This document shows positions 33,115-45,311 of a stretch of 64,000 nucleotides of DNA, one piece after another (the first letter of the stretch is position 1; each line of letters opens with the position of its first letter). The position numbers and the translations under genes were made by a program. Below the pieces are notes generated by a model. The model saw only the letters and a list, made by a program, of their open reading frames with translations. It was not told the origin of the DNA and made no database searches. Source of the stretch: an uncultured delta proteobacterium (lineage in GTDB: Bacteria; Myxococcota; Myxococcia; Myxococcales; Anaeromyxobacteraceae); assembly GCA_963845515.1 (NCBI GenBank), contig CAWJSR010000050.1:42752-106751 (forward strand). Direction: 5' to 3'.

Positions 33115-34710
33115 TCAGCGCGGCGCGTACACCCGGTAGTCGATCTCCGGGAAGATGTTGTCCTTCGCCTCGACCCACCCCAGCCAGCCGGCGTCGAGCT
33201 GGCCTGAGCGGATCTGGTCGTGCAGCCGCGTGAAGCGCAGCACGTGCTCCCGGGTGCGGCGGACGGCGTAGTCCACCATCGTCCCGGTCTTCATGATGAA
33301 GGCCCAGTCCGAGGACTGGGCGAGGAGCACCTCTCGCGCGGCCTGGTTGAGCGCCCGCCGCTCGAGGTGGGTCGGCTCCACGTAGTCGCGGGCGATCGCG
33401 ATCATCCGCTCGGTCGCCTTGTGGACGTGCCTGTAGATCCAGTCGTTCGAGCCGTCCAGCCAGACGGCGGCGTAGCCACCCGCGCCCCAGGAGCACATGG
33501 GCGGGGTGCCGAGCTGCTGCTCGGGGTTCTCGCGCAGGTACTCGCCCGGCGTGGCCAGCCGGAAGGCGCGCTGGTCGTACGCGACCTTGCGTATGAGGAA
33601 GTCGATGAAGGCCGGCCCCTCGTACCACCAGTGGCCGTAGAGCTCGGCGTCGTAGGGCGAGACGACGATCGGCTTCACGCCGTTCATCTGGGAGGCGAGG
33701 TGCCGGATCTGCCGCTCGCGGTTGAACATGAAGTCGCCGGCGTGCTCGGCCGCCCGCTCGCGGGCCCAGCGCGGATCGTAGGGCTCCTTGTGCGGCGTCT
33801 TCCCCGTGATCCGGAAGTACTTGATGCCGACGTTCTTCCGCTGGCCGTTGGGCTGGATGAACTCGCGCACGTAGTCCTGGTCGAGGTCCCAGCCGACGTC
33901 CCGGTAGAACTCGCGGTAGGCCGCGTCGCCCGGGTATCCCGACTCGGCGCTCCAGACCTGCATAGACGACTCGGGGTCGCGCGCGAACGCGGCGGGGCCC
34001 GAGCGCGTGTAGACGGGCGCGTAGACGCCGTACCGTGGACGCGGGCTCGCGTCGGCGACCCCATGCGTGTCGACGACGAACCACCGGATGTCCTGCTCGG
34101 CGAGGAAGGGATCGAGGCCGGGGAAGTGACCGCACTCGGGGAGCCAGATGCCGGCAGGGTTCCGGCCGAAGTGGCGCCGGTGGCTCGCCGCGGCGACCTC
34201 GATCTGGGCCCGGATCGCCTCGGGGTACTGCTGCAGCAGCGGCAGGAAGCCGTGCGTCGCGCCGCAGGTCGCGAGCTCCAGGCGACCCGCCTCCTCCAGC
34301 CGCCGGAACGCGCCGACGAGGTCCCGCCGGTACCTGTCCTCGAAGAGGTGACGCAGGCGCCCGAACTCGTGGCGGTAGTGGTGCGCGAGCCCATTGAAGG
34401 TCGGATCGTTGCGGGTCCGGTGGACCTCCCGGTCGGCCAGCTCGACCAGCCTGTCCAGCCTGCGCGCATACCGCCCCATGAGCAGGTCGTCGCGGAGCAT
34501 CGTGACGAGCGGCGGCGACATGGTGAGTGAGATCCGGAAGGGGATCCCCTCGTCGGTCGCGCGGTCGAAGACGTCGAGGAGCGGGAGGTAGGTCTCCGAG
34601 ATCGCCTCGTAGAGCCAGTCCTCCTCGAGGAACTCCTCGTACTCCGGGTGGCGCACGAACGGCAGGTGCGCGTGGAGGTGCAGCGAGAGGTAGCCGAGCA
34701 CGTCGCGCAT
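33115..34710 (-). CDS. GH57 family 1,4-alpha-glucan branching enzyme (DUF1957)
   Basis: LHAHLPFV, ETYLPLL, GIWLPEC, YDAELYGHWWYEG, AQSSDWAF. Confidence 0.94.
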   Translation of the reverse strand: MRDVLGYLSLHLHAHLPFVRHPEYEEFLEEDWLYEAISETYLPLLDVFDRATDEGIPFRISLTMSPPLVTMLRDDLLMGRYARRLDRLVELADREVHRTRNDPTFNGLAHHYRHEFGRLRHLFEDRYRRDLVGAFRRLEEAGRLELATCGATHGFLPLLQQYPEAIRAQIEVAAASHRRHFGRNPAGIWLPECGHFPGLDPFLAEQDIRWFVVDTHGVADASPRPRYGVYAPVYTRSGPAAFARDPESSMQVWSAESGYPGDAAYREFYRDVGWDLDQDYVREFIQPNGQRKNVGIKYFRITGKTPHKEPYDPRWARERAAEHAGDFMFNRERQIRHLASQMNGVKPIVVSPYDAELYGHWWYEGPAFIDFLIRKVAYDQRAFRLATPGEYLRENPEQQLGTPPMCSWGAGGYAAVWLDGSNDWIYRHVHKATERMIAIARDYVEPTHLERRALNQAAREVLLAQSSDWAFIMKTGTMVDYAVRRTREHVLRFTRLHDQIRSGQLDAGWLGWVEAKDNIFPEIDYRVYAPR

Positions 34711-34719
34711 GCGTGCGCC

Positions 34720-35719
34720 CTACTCCTTCCCGTCCCGCCCGGACGGAGCCTCGGGGAAGAACGAAGGGGCGAACGCCGGGGAGGACGGCGCGCTGCCCGG
34801 TACGCTGCCTCCCCACGCCCTGCCCGGCTGGCGACCCCAGTCGGAGAGGCTGGCGAGGAGCGCGCGAAGGTCCTCGGAGAACGGCCCTCCGGCCCGGCCG
34901 CGCGCCGAGCAGCCGCGGGAGCGGGAGGTCCCATGGGATCCGCGCGAACCGGTCGTCGATGACGGGCGACTGACCGACCGTGGGCAGCGCGACGGCGTTC
35001 GACGACGGGCCCACCCGGCGCGCGTAGCCGTGCCGATCGATCGCCTGGATCTCGCAGCGGTAGGTCCGGCCCGGCTCGAGATCGTTCACGTAGAAGCTGC
35101 GCGACTCGAGCGCGAAGTCGATGACGCGCACCTGCTCCCACCCCTCCCCCTTCGCCGCCAGCATCCACAGCTGGGCGCGCGGCCCGTCGAGCCCATCGAA
35201 GGCGGCGCGCGCGGTGGCCTCCGAGAGGTCCCAATAGAGGAAGAGCGTCCTCGGATCCCGCGGCAGCGCGACGAGCGCGTCGTCGCCATAAGCCCACGGC
35301 AGGTCGCCGAGGTGCTCGTCGTAGACCGGCATGACCGGGTGCGTGCCCTCCCACGGGCTCGCCCGCTCGCTCCACCGCCCGCCCACCTCGGCCGGCGGCT
35401 CCGACATCGGGTGCGGCGCGTTGCGCGCCTCCTCCTCGCCGCGGACCCTGGCCACGAAGAAGCCCTCGGGGTCCGGCGCGGCGGCCTGAGCGATCCGGCT
35501 CGGCGCCTCCGCGGCGGCCGCGGAGACGGCAGGCTTCGCGGCGGGTGGCTTCGCCGCCTTCCTCACGCCCGGCTTCGATGGCTTCTTCGGCGCGGCCTTC
35601 GCGGCCGGCTTCCGGGCGGCCGCGCGCTTCGACGCGGGCTTCCGGGCAGCCGCCTTCTTCGGGGGTGCGCCGGCTGCCTTCGCCTTCCCGGCTCCGCGCG
35701 GCTTCTTCTTCGTTGCCAT
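34720..35719 (-). CDS. DUF4912 domain protein with Lys/Ala/Pro-rich N-terminus (apparent +1 frameshift near 34903)
   Basis: LPWAYG....ALPRDP..LFLYWD and SN...P motifs. The corrected frame reads ...GGPFSEDLRALL...GKE* and stops at 34720. Confidence 0.85.
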
Positions 35720-35813
35720 GGCAGTCTCTCCGGAGACACCCTACCGCGGAATGACGGCCAGTGAGCGGCCGTAGGGTGGGAGCCCCTCGCGGGCTCCCCG
35801 GAAGCGGATTACG

Positions 35814-37325
35814 ATGGCCACGATGTTCGCCCTGATCCTCGCGCTGACGACGCTCGCGTCCCCCGCCGACCCCGCCGCGGACGCGCCGCCTCCTCACGAG
35901 ACGTCGGCGATCGCTCTGCCCGCCGGGCCCGAGACCGCCCAGTCCACGCCCGCCCCGGAACCGCTCGAAGCCGACGACGTGGGGCCCGACGACGAGCCCG
36001 ACGACGAGCCAGCCGATGAGGCCGAGCCGGAAGAGGAGGTCGCCCACGGCTACGTCGTCGAGAAGATCGTCATCCGTGGGCTCCAGAAGGCGCGCAGCGC
36101 CGCGGTCCGGCGCCACCTCCTGGTCCGCTCCGGCGACCTCCTGGACGACCGCGACGTGCTCCTCTCCCGGCTGCGGCTCCTGCAGCTCGGCTGGTTCTCG
36201 CAGGTCGACGCGAAGGTGGAGAAGGGGAGCTCGAAGGGGCTCGTGATCCTCGTCTTCCGAGTCGTCGAGCGGAACACCGTCGTCGTGACGGATCTCGTGA
36301 CGGGGACCACCGACCCGCAGCCGGTGTACGGCGGCCTCGGGATCGCCGAGCAGAACTTCCTCGGGCGCGGCTTCGCGCTCGGGGGGGCCTTCGTGTACGG
36401 CGGCGCGCCGCTCGGGCGGCCAGCCGACCCCGATCGCTTCGCGCTGCGCGGGTCGTTCTTCGCACCCGACCTGCCCATCCGCGGCGTCGGCCGTCTCGTG
36501 GCGGGCGCCAGCGCCTGGGCGCTGCGCGGCGAGGAGTTCGCCTGCGAGCGGCCAGGCTGCGATCCCTTCATCGAGGACTTCGCCGACGCCCCCCGGATCC
36601 GTTACAGGAGGACCGGCAGCGAGCTGACGCTCGGGCTCCGAACGAGCGCCTTCAACCGGGTCCTCGCGGGGTGGCGGCTCGAGCGGGTCTCGGCCGAGGA
36701 CGTCCCGACGGCCACCCTCGCCGAGTTCGTGAGCCCTCCGATCCTCCTCGGTCGCTCATGGGTGTCGGCGCTGGTCGTCACCTGGGAGCACGACAGCCGC
36801 GACGACTCCTTCATGCCGAGGGACGGGCTGCGGCTGGCCGCGGAGCTCACCTTCGCATCCCGGCTCTTCGGCTCGGACTACGAGTTCAGCCGGTACTGGG
36901 TCCAGGCGGAGTCCGCCTTCGCGCTCCTCGGCCTGCCGCTCCGGCTGCAGCTCCAGGTGGGCGCGACGCAGGGCAACGCGCCCTTCTTCGATCGCTTCTA
37001 CGCCGCAGACCTCTCCTACTTCGCGGTGGGGCCGGCGCTGGGTCGCGCGCTGGAGCTCAACTTCTCGACCGACTCCCGCTACGACGCCTTCGCGGCGATG
37101 GGCGGGCTCGAGTGGGCCGTGCCGCTGCGGCGAATCCACGGGCGCTTCTTCCAGCGGGCCTACGTCGCGGTCGGCGCCCGGGCCGTCTGGTCCTCCGCCG
37201 AGCTCGGCGGTGGCCGGACCTCGTTCTCCAGCTTCCCCCTCTCCGCAGACCTCGCGCTCCGGTTCGACACGCCGATCGGCGCCTTCAACGCGTCCCTCGG
37301 GTACGCGCTCGACAACCTCCTCTGA
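35814..37325 (+). CDS. BamA/TamA (Omp85) family outer membrane protein with one POTRA domain
   Basis: Signal peptide, acidic linker, POTRA (I.IRGL.K....VRR, LGWFSQV, VVER), NFLGRG, DSRDD...P..G, DTPIG. Confidence 0.85.
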   Translation: MATMFALILALTTLASPADPAADAPPPHETSAIALPAGPETAQSTPAPEPLEADDVGPDDEPDDEPADEAEPEEEVAHGYVVEKIVIRGLQKARSAAVRRHLLVRSGDLLDDRDVLLSRLRLLQLGWFSQVDAKVEKGSSKGLVILVFRVVERNTVVVTDLVTGTTDPQPVYGGLGIAEQNFLGRGFALGGAFVYGGAPLGRPADPDRFALRGSFFAPDLPIRGVGRLVAGASAWALRGEEFACERPGCDPFIEDFADAPRIRYRRTGSELTLGLRTSAFNRVLAGWRLERVSAEDVPTATLAEFVSPPILLGRSWVSALVVTWEHDSRDDSFMPRDGLRLAAELTFASRLFGSDYEFSRYWVQAESAFALLGLPLRLQLQVGATQGNAPFFDRFYAADLSYFAVGPALGRALELNFSTDSRYDAFAAMGGLEWAVPLRRIHGRFFQRAYVAVGARAVWSSAELGGGRTSFSSFPLSADLALRFDTPIGAFNASLGYALDNLL

Positions 37326-37326
37326 G

Positions 37327-37992
37327 ATGATCCCCGCCCTCGACGCCCGCGCCGCCGCTCGGAGCCTCGCGCTGGCCGCCGCGCTGGTGGCGACCTGCGC
37401 GGGCGCCGCCGCGCGCGCGGCCGACCCGCTGCCCGTGACCCTGGCCAGCCAGGCCGGGCGCGTCGTCGCCGCCGTCGACCTCTCGAAGGCCCTCCCGTCC
37501 GACCTGCCTGAGCGGCTGGGGAACGGGCTGCGCAACGTCGTCGCGATCTACGTCGCGGTCGTGCCGCTGGGAGGGGAGGAGCCAGCCGCCGCCTACCCCC
37601 TCGTGTTCGAGGTGCTCTACGACGTCTGGGAGGAGACCTGGTCGGTGACGGTGCGTGACCCGAAGACGCCCGGCGGGCGCCGGCAGGTGCTGAGGAGCGT
37701 CGAGGAGCTCCGCGCCCTGCTGGCCCACGTCCCCGACGCGGACCTGGGCCCGGTGGGCGCGCTCCCGGCCTCGCGCTTCACCGTCGACGTCAGGATCGAC
37801 GTCAACCCGGTCTCGCCCGAGCTGCTGGCCTACACGCGGCAGTACCTGGCCGGCGCCGCGCGCGCGCGTGGCGGCTCCCGGAGCGTGCTCGGGACGATGG
37901 CCGGCTTCCTGCTGCGCGTCCCTGACGACGAGGGAGGGAGCCTCCTCTTCAGGTCGCGACCCCTCTCGGCCGACGCGGTGAAGCCGCGATGA
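37327..37992 (+). CDS. DUF4390-like exported protein
   Basis: Signal peptide, L.NGL, YDVWEE.W.V; translationally coupled to the kinase gene. Confidence 0.7.
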   Translation: MIPALDARAAARSLALAAALVATCAGAAARAADPLPVTLASQAGRVVAAVDLSKALPSDLPERLGNGLRNVVAIYVAVVPLGGEEPAAAYPLVFEVLYDVWEETWSVTVRDPKTPGGRRQVLRSVEELRALLAHVPDADLGPVGALPASRFTVDVRIDVNPVSPELLAYTRQYLAGAARARGGSRSVLGTMAGFLLRVPDDEGGSLLFRSRPLSADAVKPR

Positions 37993-39557
37993 GCGCCCCC
38001 CCGGTGCAGCGCCCTGAGGGCGCGCCTGCCTGGGCGCGCTGGCTGCGCCCGCCGCGGTGGCTCCGCGTCTCGCGCTTCGAGCGGAACATCGCGATCGCGC
38101 TCGTGATCGGGACGGTGGTCCCGCTCCTCGGGGCGCTCTGGCTGGCGTCCGGGCTCGCGGAGCAGGACCTGACGCTCGGGCTGTCTCCGCGGGTAGTCGG
38201 CCGGCTCTCGGAGGTCCCGGGCATCTACCGCGAGCTCTTCCAGGCGAAGAAGCAGCTCTTCTCCATGCAGGCCCGCGACGTCGCGAGGGGGCTCCCCGCG
38301 GGGAAGGACGCAGCGCGAAGGCACCTGGAGCGCGCGGTCGCCCGGAACCCGGCGCTGCGGCGCGTGGCGGTGACCGCCGGCGACGGCACGCTGCTCGCCA
38401 GCGCCGAGGCGCGCGGTGCCGGGCCGGAGCGCGAGTGGCGTCCGGCCTCCGCCCGCGTGCAGCTCGCCGGCGGCGCCGTGCTCGAGTGCACCTTCGCGGT
38501 CGAGGCACGCCTCTTCGCGGAGCTGGACGAGGCGCGGACGCTCGCCGAGCAGACGCGGGAGCTCGATCGGCTGCGCGACGCGATCCAGCGCAGCTACCTG
38601 CTCTCCTACGGCACCCTCCTCGCGGTGCTCTCGCTCCTGGCCGCGGCGGGAGGGATCTGGTTCGCGCGACGGACGACGCGCCGGGTCGACGCGCTGGTTT
38701 CGGCCGTCCGCAAGCTGGCCGCAGGGGACCTCTCCGTCCAGGTCCGGATCGACGGGGGCGCGCGCGACGAGATCGCCGCCCTCTCCAGCGCCTTCAACGA
38801 GATGGTCCGCGAGGTGAGGGAGAGCCGCGACCGGATCGTGTACCTCGAGAAGATCTCGGGCTGGCAGGAGGTGGCGCGCCGGCTCGCCCACGAGATCAAG
38901 AACCCGCTCACGCCCATCCAGCTCGCCTTCCAGGAGCTGGAGGCGCGGTGGAAGCGCGCCCCGGGCGACGCCTCCTTCGGCCCGCTCCTGGCCGATGCGG
39001 GCGAGATCGTCCGGGAGGAGGTCGGGACCCTCCAGCGCCTGGTCGCCGACTTCTCCGCCTTCGCGCGGCTCCCCGAGGCGGCCCCGGAGCCGGCCGACCT
39101 GGGCGACTTCGTGGAGGAGTTCGTCCGGACCAGCCCCCAGCTCGCGGAGCAGGCCTCGCTGGAGATCGTCCGGACCGGCCCGTGCCCGACCGCCGTCGAC
39201 CGCGCGCTCATGCGCCGCGTGCTCACGAACCTCGTCTCCAACGCGGTGGAGGCGAGCCGCCCCGAGCCCGCCAGGGTCCACATCGGCGTCGCGCGCACGC
39301 GCACCAGGGTGCTCCTCACCGTCGCGGACGAGGGTCCAGGGATCGACGCGGAGCTGCGCGAGCGGATCTTCGACCCCTACTTCACGACCAAGCAGGAGGG
39401 GACCGGGCTCGGCCTCGCCATCGTGAAGAAGATCGTCCTCCAGCACGGCGGCGACATCGAGGCGGGCTCCCGCCCCGGGGGCGGCGCCAACATCTGCATC
39501 AGCCTGCCGCTGGCCGACGATCCGGCCGACCACGGGCCACCTGAAGGGAACGGATGA
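37989..39557 (+). CDS. HAMP sensor histidine kinase, NtrY-like
   Basis: WQEVARRLAHEIKNPLTPIQL, NLVSNA, DEGPGI, FDPYFTTK, GTGLGLAIV. Confidence 0.94.
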   Translation: MSAPPVQRPEGAPAWARWLRPPRWLRVSRFERNIAIALVIGTVVPLLGALWLASGLAEQDLTLGLSPRVVGRLSEVPGIYRELFQAKKQLFSMQARDVARGLPAGKDAARRHLERAVARNPALRRVAVTAGDGTLLASAEARGAGPEREWRPASARVQLAGGAVLECTFAVEARLFAELDEARTLAEQTRELDRLRDAIQRSYLLSYGTLLAVLSLLAAAGGIWFARRTTRRVDALVSAVRKLAAGDLSVQVRIDGGARDEIAALSSAFNEMVREVRESRDRIVYLEKISGWQEVARRLAHEIKNPLTPIQLAFQELEARWKRAPGDASFGPLLADAGEIVREEVGTLQRLVADFSAFARLPEAAPEPADLGDFVEEFVRTSPQLAEQASLEIVRTGPCPTAVDRALMRRVLTNLVSNAVEASRPEPARVHIGVARTRTRVLLTVADEGPGIDAELRERIFDPYFTTKQEGTGLGLAIVKKIVLQHGGDIEAGSRPGGGANICISLPLADDPADHGPPEGNG

Positions 39558-40321
39558 TGACGGCGGAGCTACGCGATACGACCGCGCTCGTGACTGGCGC
39601 CACCTCTGGGATCGGGCTCGCCTGCGCAGAGGCGCTGGTGCGGGCCGGGGCGCGGGTCGTGGCCGCCGGCCGCCGCGCGGATCGGCTCGACGCCCTCGCG
39701 GCGCGGCTCGGACAGGCGATCCACCCCCTGCCGCTCGACGTGCGCGACAAGGCGGCGGTCGAGCGGGCGCTAGGCGCCCTGCCCGCCCCGTTCGCGGCCG
39801 TCGACGTGCTCGTCAACGGCGCAGGGCTCGCCCTCGGCCTGGAGCCGGCGCAGCGCGCGAGCCTGGACGACTGGGAGGGGATGATCGACACCAACTGCAG
39901 GGCCCTCGTCCACGTCACGCGCCTCCTGCTCCCCGGGATGGTGGCGCGCGATCGGGGCCACGTGGTGAACGTCGGCTCGGTCGCGGGCAACTGGCCGTAC
40001 CCGGGCGGCAACGTCTACGGGGCCACCAAGGCCTTCGTCAGGCAGTTCTCGCTGAACCTCAAGTCAGACCTGCTCGGCACGAAGGTCCGCGTCACCAACG
40101 TGGAGCCCGGCATGGTCGAGACCGAGTTCTCGGTCGTGCGCTTTCACGGCGACGAGGCGCGGGCGAGCGAGGTCTACGCCGGGATGCAGCCGCTCTCGGC
40201 CGAGGACATCGCCGACACGGTGCTCTGGTGCGTGACGCGCCCTCCGCACGTCAACGTGAACACGATCGAGCTCATGCCGGTGCAGCAGGCCTTCTCGCCG
40301 TTCGCGGTGAGCCGCGGGTAG
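39554..40321 (+). CDS. YdfG-like short-chain dehydrogenase
   Basis: TGATSGIG, NGAGLALG, YPGGNVYGATK. Confidence 0.93.
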   Translation: MMTAELRDTTALVTGATSGIGLACAEALVRAGARVVAAGRRADRLDALAARLGQAIHPLPLDVRDKAAVERALGALPAPFAAVDVLVNGAGLALGLEPAQRASLDDWEGMIDTNCRALVHVTRLLLPGMVARDRGHVVNVGSVAGNWPYPGGNVYGATKAFVRQFSLNLKSDLLGTKVRVTNVEPGMVETEFSVVRFHGDEARASEVYAGMQPLSAEDIADTVLWCVTRPPHVNVNTIELMPVQQAFSPFAVSRG

Positions 40322-40325
40322 AACA

Positions 40326-40640
40326 TCAGCGCCCGCCGGGATCGTCGTCGTCCGGCGGCCGCCGGTTGCGGGCCAGCTCGCCGAGCATGATGACGAGCCC
40401 CGCGCCGATGGTGACCGCGGCCGCGATCTCGAACGGCACCGCGGCGAGGGGGTGCTTCACCTCGAGGCCGCTCCACCACCCCAGCGCCCCCAGCGCCAGC
40501 GACCCGGCGGAGAGCGACGTCGCGAGGGTGAAGGCGCCCCTGGTGCGGAAGGCGATCCAGGAGACGGCGGCACCGAACGCGACGATCCCCATCCCCAGGA
40601 CGAGGACGAGGACCGCCGCACCACCAAATGACCACAGCAT
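40326..40640 (-). CDS. Small hypothetical membrane protein
   Basis: Three hydrophobic segments; fills the gap between the SDR and regulator genes; start uncertain. Confidence 0.6.
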   Translation of the reverse strand: MLWSFGGAAVLVLVLGMGIVAFGAAVSWIAFRTRGAFTLATSLSAGSLALGALGWWSGLEVKHPLAAVPFEIAAAVTIGAGLVIMLGELARNRRPPDDDDPGGR

Positions 40641-40753
40641 CGGGTGCCTCCGCTGGGATCGCGCCGCTGGCCACGGCGCGGTGCTCCTCGGCCCCGCCAC
40701 GATCATACCCGCAGGGCGGGGCGCGCGGGCAAGTCCATGTAGAATGCCGGCGC

Positions 40754-42175
<1,422 letters not shown>

Positions 42176-42235
42176 CGCGCGCGCTGATGCTGCCGCCTCA
42201 TCCCGCCGGCCGACCGCGGTCTATGATGCCCCCCG

Positions 42236-45200
42236 ATGATCACCACGCACGCGATCCCCGGCCTCCCTCCCGCTGACTTCCGCGCGCCCGACGCGCCCGA
42301 GCGGATCGCCCGGCTCCAGGCGCGGCACCCGTCCCTCGCCGAGGAAGCGATCCGGCTGTGCAACCTCGCGGCCGACCCCGACCTCGCGCTGGCCGGCGTG
42401 GAGCGGTTCGCCGACGCCGCGGGCGGGCTCCCGCCCGAGCACGACCTCCTCGAGGCGCTCGCGCTCCTCTGCGGCGGCTCGCGCATGGCGGCGCAGCTGC
42501 TCTCGCGGGAGCCCGTGCTCCTCCGCCGGACGGCGCGCTCCCCGTTCCTGCTCCACGCGCGCACCGAGCGCTCGCTCCGGCGGCTCCTGCTGCGCGCGAT
42601 GCGCGTCCTCGCCCTGGACGACGTCGCCGGCTTCCACCGGCTCCTGCGGCGGGTCCGGGCGAGGGAGGTCCTGCGGATCATCCTGCGCGACCTGCGGCGC
42701 GCGCGGATGAAGGACGTGACCGGCGAGCTCTCCTCGCTCGCCACCGCGTGCGTCGACGCGGCGATCCGCTTCCACGACCGGCGGCTCCGGGCGCGCCACG
42801 GCAGTCCGGAGGGGCTCGAGGAGCGCGAGGCGGGCGCCGGCTTCTGCGCCCTCGCGATGGGGAAGCTGGGCGCGCGCGAGCTCAACTTCTCGTCGGACAT
42901 CGACCTCATCTACGTCTACTCGCACGACGGGCAGACGAACGGCGCGCGCCCCCTCGACCACTTCACCTACTACACGAAGCTCTCCGAGGCGGTGACCGAG
43001 TCGATCGCCAAGGCGACCGAGGACGGGATCGTCTTCCGCGTCGACCTCAACCTCAGGCCCGACGGCAGGAGCGGCCCGATCGTCAACTCGATCCGCGGCG
43101 CCGAGCTCTACTACCAGTCCTACGGGAGGTCCTGGGAGCGGAACGCGATGCTCAAGGCGCGCTCCGGCTCGGGCGACATCGCCGTCGGCGACGAGCTCCT
43201 GAAGCTGCTGGAGCCCTTCATCTGGCGCCGCAGCCTCGACCTCGACGTCGTCGCCGAGATCAAGGCGATGAAGGACCGCATCGACGCCCGCGCCGGCGCC
43301 GAGGGACGCTCCGATCTGAAGCTCGGGCGCGGCGGGATCCGCGAGGCGGAGTTCTTCGTCTCGGCGCTGCAGCTGCTCCACGGGGGCCGGCCGGGTCAGG
43401 AGGCGCTCCGGGAGCGGGCGGTCCTCCCGGCGCTGGAGCGGCTCCTGTACGCGGGCATCGTCCCCGCGAACGATCGCGACGCGCTGGCCGACGCCTACCT
43501 CTTCCTGCGCAGGGCCGAGCACCGCGTCCAGATGGTCGACGGCGCGCAGACCCACAGGCTGCCGCCCCCGGAGGAGCGGCTCTCCCTGGCGCGGGCGATG
43601 GGGTACGCCACGGTGGCCGAGTTCGAGGCCGCCCTGACGGCCCACCGCGAGCGGGTGGCGGCCCTCTTCTCCGACCTGCTGGGGCGCGGCGAGGACCGCC
43701 CCCCCATCGACCCCGAGCTGGCGCTGATCCTCGATCCGCAGGTGGAGCGCGAGCGGCGTGCGGAGATCGCGACGAGGCGCGGCTTCGGCGATGCCGATCG
43801 GGCCATCGCCTCGATCGACGCCATGGGGCGGCGCAGGACCCCCTTCTCCCCCACCGGCGATCCGGCGGCCGCGGTGGCGCTGGTCGCCGAGGCGCTCGCG
43901 TCCCCCGACCCGGACCAGTCGCTCGCCCACCTCGCCGACTTCGCGGCCGCGCTGCAGGCGCCCGAGCCCTACTTCAAGCTCCTCGGCGAGCGCCGCAGGG
44001 TGGCGCGCCTGCTCCTCTCCCTCTTCGGCACCTCCGACTTCCTCTCCAAGCGCTTCCTGCGCCACCCCGAGATGATCGACGCGCTCCTGCGCGAGGACCA
44101 GATCGCCCTCGTGAAGGAGAAGGACCGGCTGGCGGAGGAGCTGGACGAGCGGCTCGCGACGTTCGACCCCGCGCTGCAGATCGACGAGGCGATGGAGCGG
44201 AAGCTGGGTGAGGTGCGCCGCTTCCGCAACGAGGAGATGCTGCGGATCGCCATCCACGACATCGCCGGCTCCATCGACCTGGGCAGCGTCTCGGCCCAGC
44301 TCACGGCGCTCGCGGAGGTCTGCATCGAGCGCTGCCTCGCGCTCGCGGAGGAGGAGTCGCGAGCCAAGGGATACGCTCCACCGGGCCGACTCTGCGTCGT
44401 CGGGATGGGGAAGCTGGGCGGCCGCGAGCTCGGGTACCACTCCGACCTCGACCTGGTCTTCCTCTACTCGGGCGGCGCGGAGCAGGGGCACGAGCGCTAC
44501 TCGCGCCTCGCCCAGCGCTTCATGGCCTTCCTGCAGATGCCGCTCCGCGAGGGGCGGCTCTACCAGATCGACACGCGGCTCCGCCCCAGCGGGAACCAGG
44601 GGGCGCTCGTCGTCGGGACCGAGGGGTTCGCGCGGTACCACATGGGCGACTCGGCCGCCGCAGCCCCGCTGGTCCGGAGCCAGCTCTGGGAGCGGCAGGC
44701 GCTCCTGCGCGCCCGCTGCGTCGCCGGAGACCCGAGGCCCTTCGAGGAGGTGCGCGAGCGCGTGCTGATCCCGGTCGTCTTCGGGAGGCCGGACGATCGC
44801 GCCGCGCTGGCCGGCGAGATCCGGCGGATGCGCGAGCGGATGGAGAGCGAGCTGGGCAAGGAGTCGACGCGCGGCATGAACCCCAAGACCGGCCGCGGCG
44901 GCATCGTCGACGTGGAGTTCGCGGCCCAGTTCCTTCAGCTCGCCCACGGGCACGACCATCCGCAGATCCGGACGCCCTCGACCCCCGAGGCGCTCGACCG
45001 GCTCCGCGGCGCGGGGCTGCTGCGGGAGCTCGACCATCAGGCCCTCTCCGCCGGCTACGACTTCCTGCGCCGCGTGGCGCTTCGGCTCCGGATCGTCCAC
45101 GACTTCGCCGTGGACCACCTGCCGGCGGACGGGCGCCCGCTGGAGCAGCTCGCGCGCCGGCTCGGGTACTACGGCGCCAACCCCGGCCACCGCTTCCGCG

Positions 45201-45259
45201 AGGACTACCAGCGCATCACCCAGGCGGTCCGGCAGGCGTTCGACGAGGTCGTGCAGTAG
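42236..45259 (+). CDS. glnE: Glutamine synthetase adenylyltransferase/deadenylase
   Basis: Two nucleotidyltransferase domains: MGKLGARELNFSSDIDL and MGKLGGRELGYHSDLDL; KLGRGGIRE.EF. Confidence 0.96.
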   Translation: MITTHAIPGLPPADFRAPDAPERIARLQARHPSLAEEAIRLCNLAADPDLALAGVERFADAAGGLPPEHDLLEALALLCGGSRMAAQLLSREPVLLRRTARSPFLLHARTERSLRRLLLRAMRVLALDDVAGFHRLLRRVRAREVLRIILRDLRRARMKDVTGELSSLATACVDAAIRFHDRRLRARHGSPEGLEEREAGAGFCALAMGKLGARELNFSSDIDLIYVYSHDGQTNGARPLDHFTYYTKLSEAVTESIAKATEDGIVFRVDLNLRPDGRSGPIVNSIRGAELYYQSYGRSWERNAMLKARSGSGDIAVGDELLKLLEPFIWRRSLDLDVVAEIKAMKDRIDARAGAEGRSDLKLGRGGIREAEFFVSALQLLHGGRPGQEALRERAVLPALERLLYAGIVPANDRDALADAYLFLRRAEHRVQMVDGAQTHRLPPPEERLSLARAMGYATVAEFEAALTAHRERVAALFSDLLGRGEDRPPIDPELALILDPQVERERRAEIATRRGFGDADRAIASIDAMGRRRTPFSPTGDPAAAVALVAEALASPDPDQSLAHLADFAAALQAPEPYFKLLGERRRVARLLLSLFGTSDFLSKRFLRHPEMIDALLREDQIALVKEKDRLAEELDERLATFDPALQIDEAMERKLGEVRRFRNEEMLRIAIHDIAGSIDLGSVSAQLTALAEVCIERCLALAEEESRAKGYAPPGRLCVVGMGKLGGRELGYHSDLDLVFLYSGGAEQGHERYSRLAQRFMAFLQMPLREGRLYQIDTRLRPSGNQGALVVGTEGFARYHMGDSAAAAPLVRSQLWERQALLRARCVAGDPRPFEEVRERVLIPVVFGRPDDRAALAGEIRRMRERMESELGKESTRGMNPKTGRGGIVDVEFAAQFLQLAHGHDHPQIRTPSTPEALDRLRGAGLLRELDHQALSAGYDFLRRVALRLRIVHDFAVDHLPADGRPLEQLARRLGYYGANPGHRFREDYQRITQAVRQAFDEVVQ

Positions 45260-45311
45260 GCGGCACGCCCCACCCGATGGCGCCTGACGCGCCGCGTCGT
45301 ACAATGGACAG

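Noticed and set aside
33023..35719. 898-aa ORF overlapping the GH57 gene
   Set aside because: Only the first 270 or so residues are real; the rest is out-of-frame read-through after an indel.
35771..35799. GTAG-led palindrome GGGAGCCC...GGGCTCCC as a RAYT-type REP
   Set aside because: Single copy in the window and no RAYT gene; it could be an operator between divergent genes.
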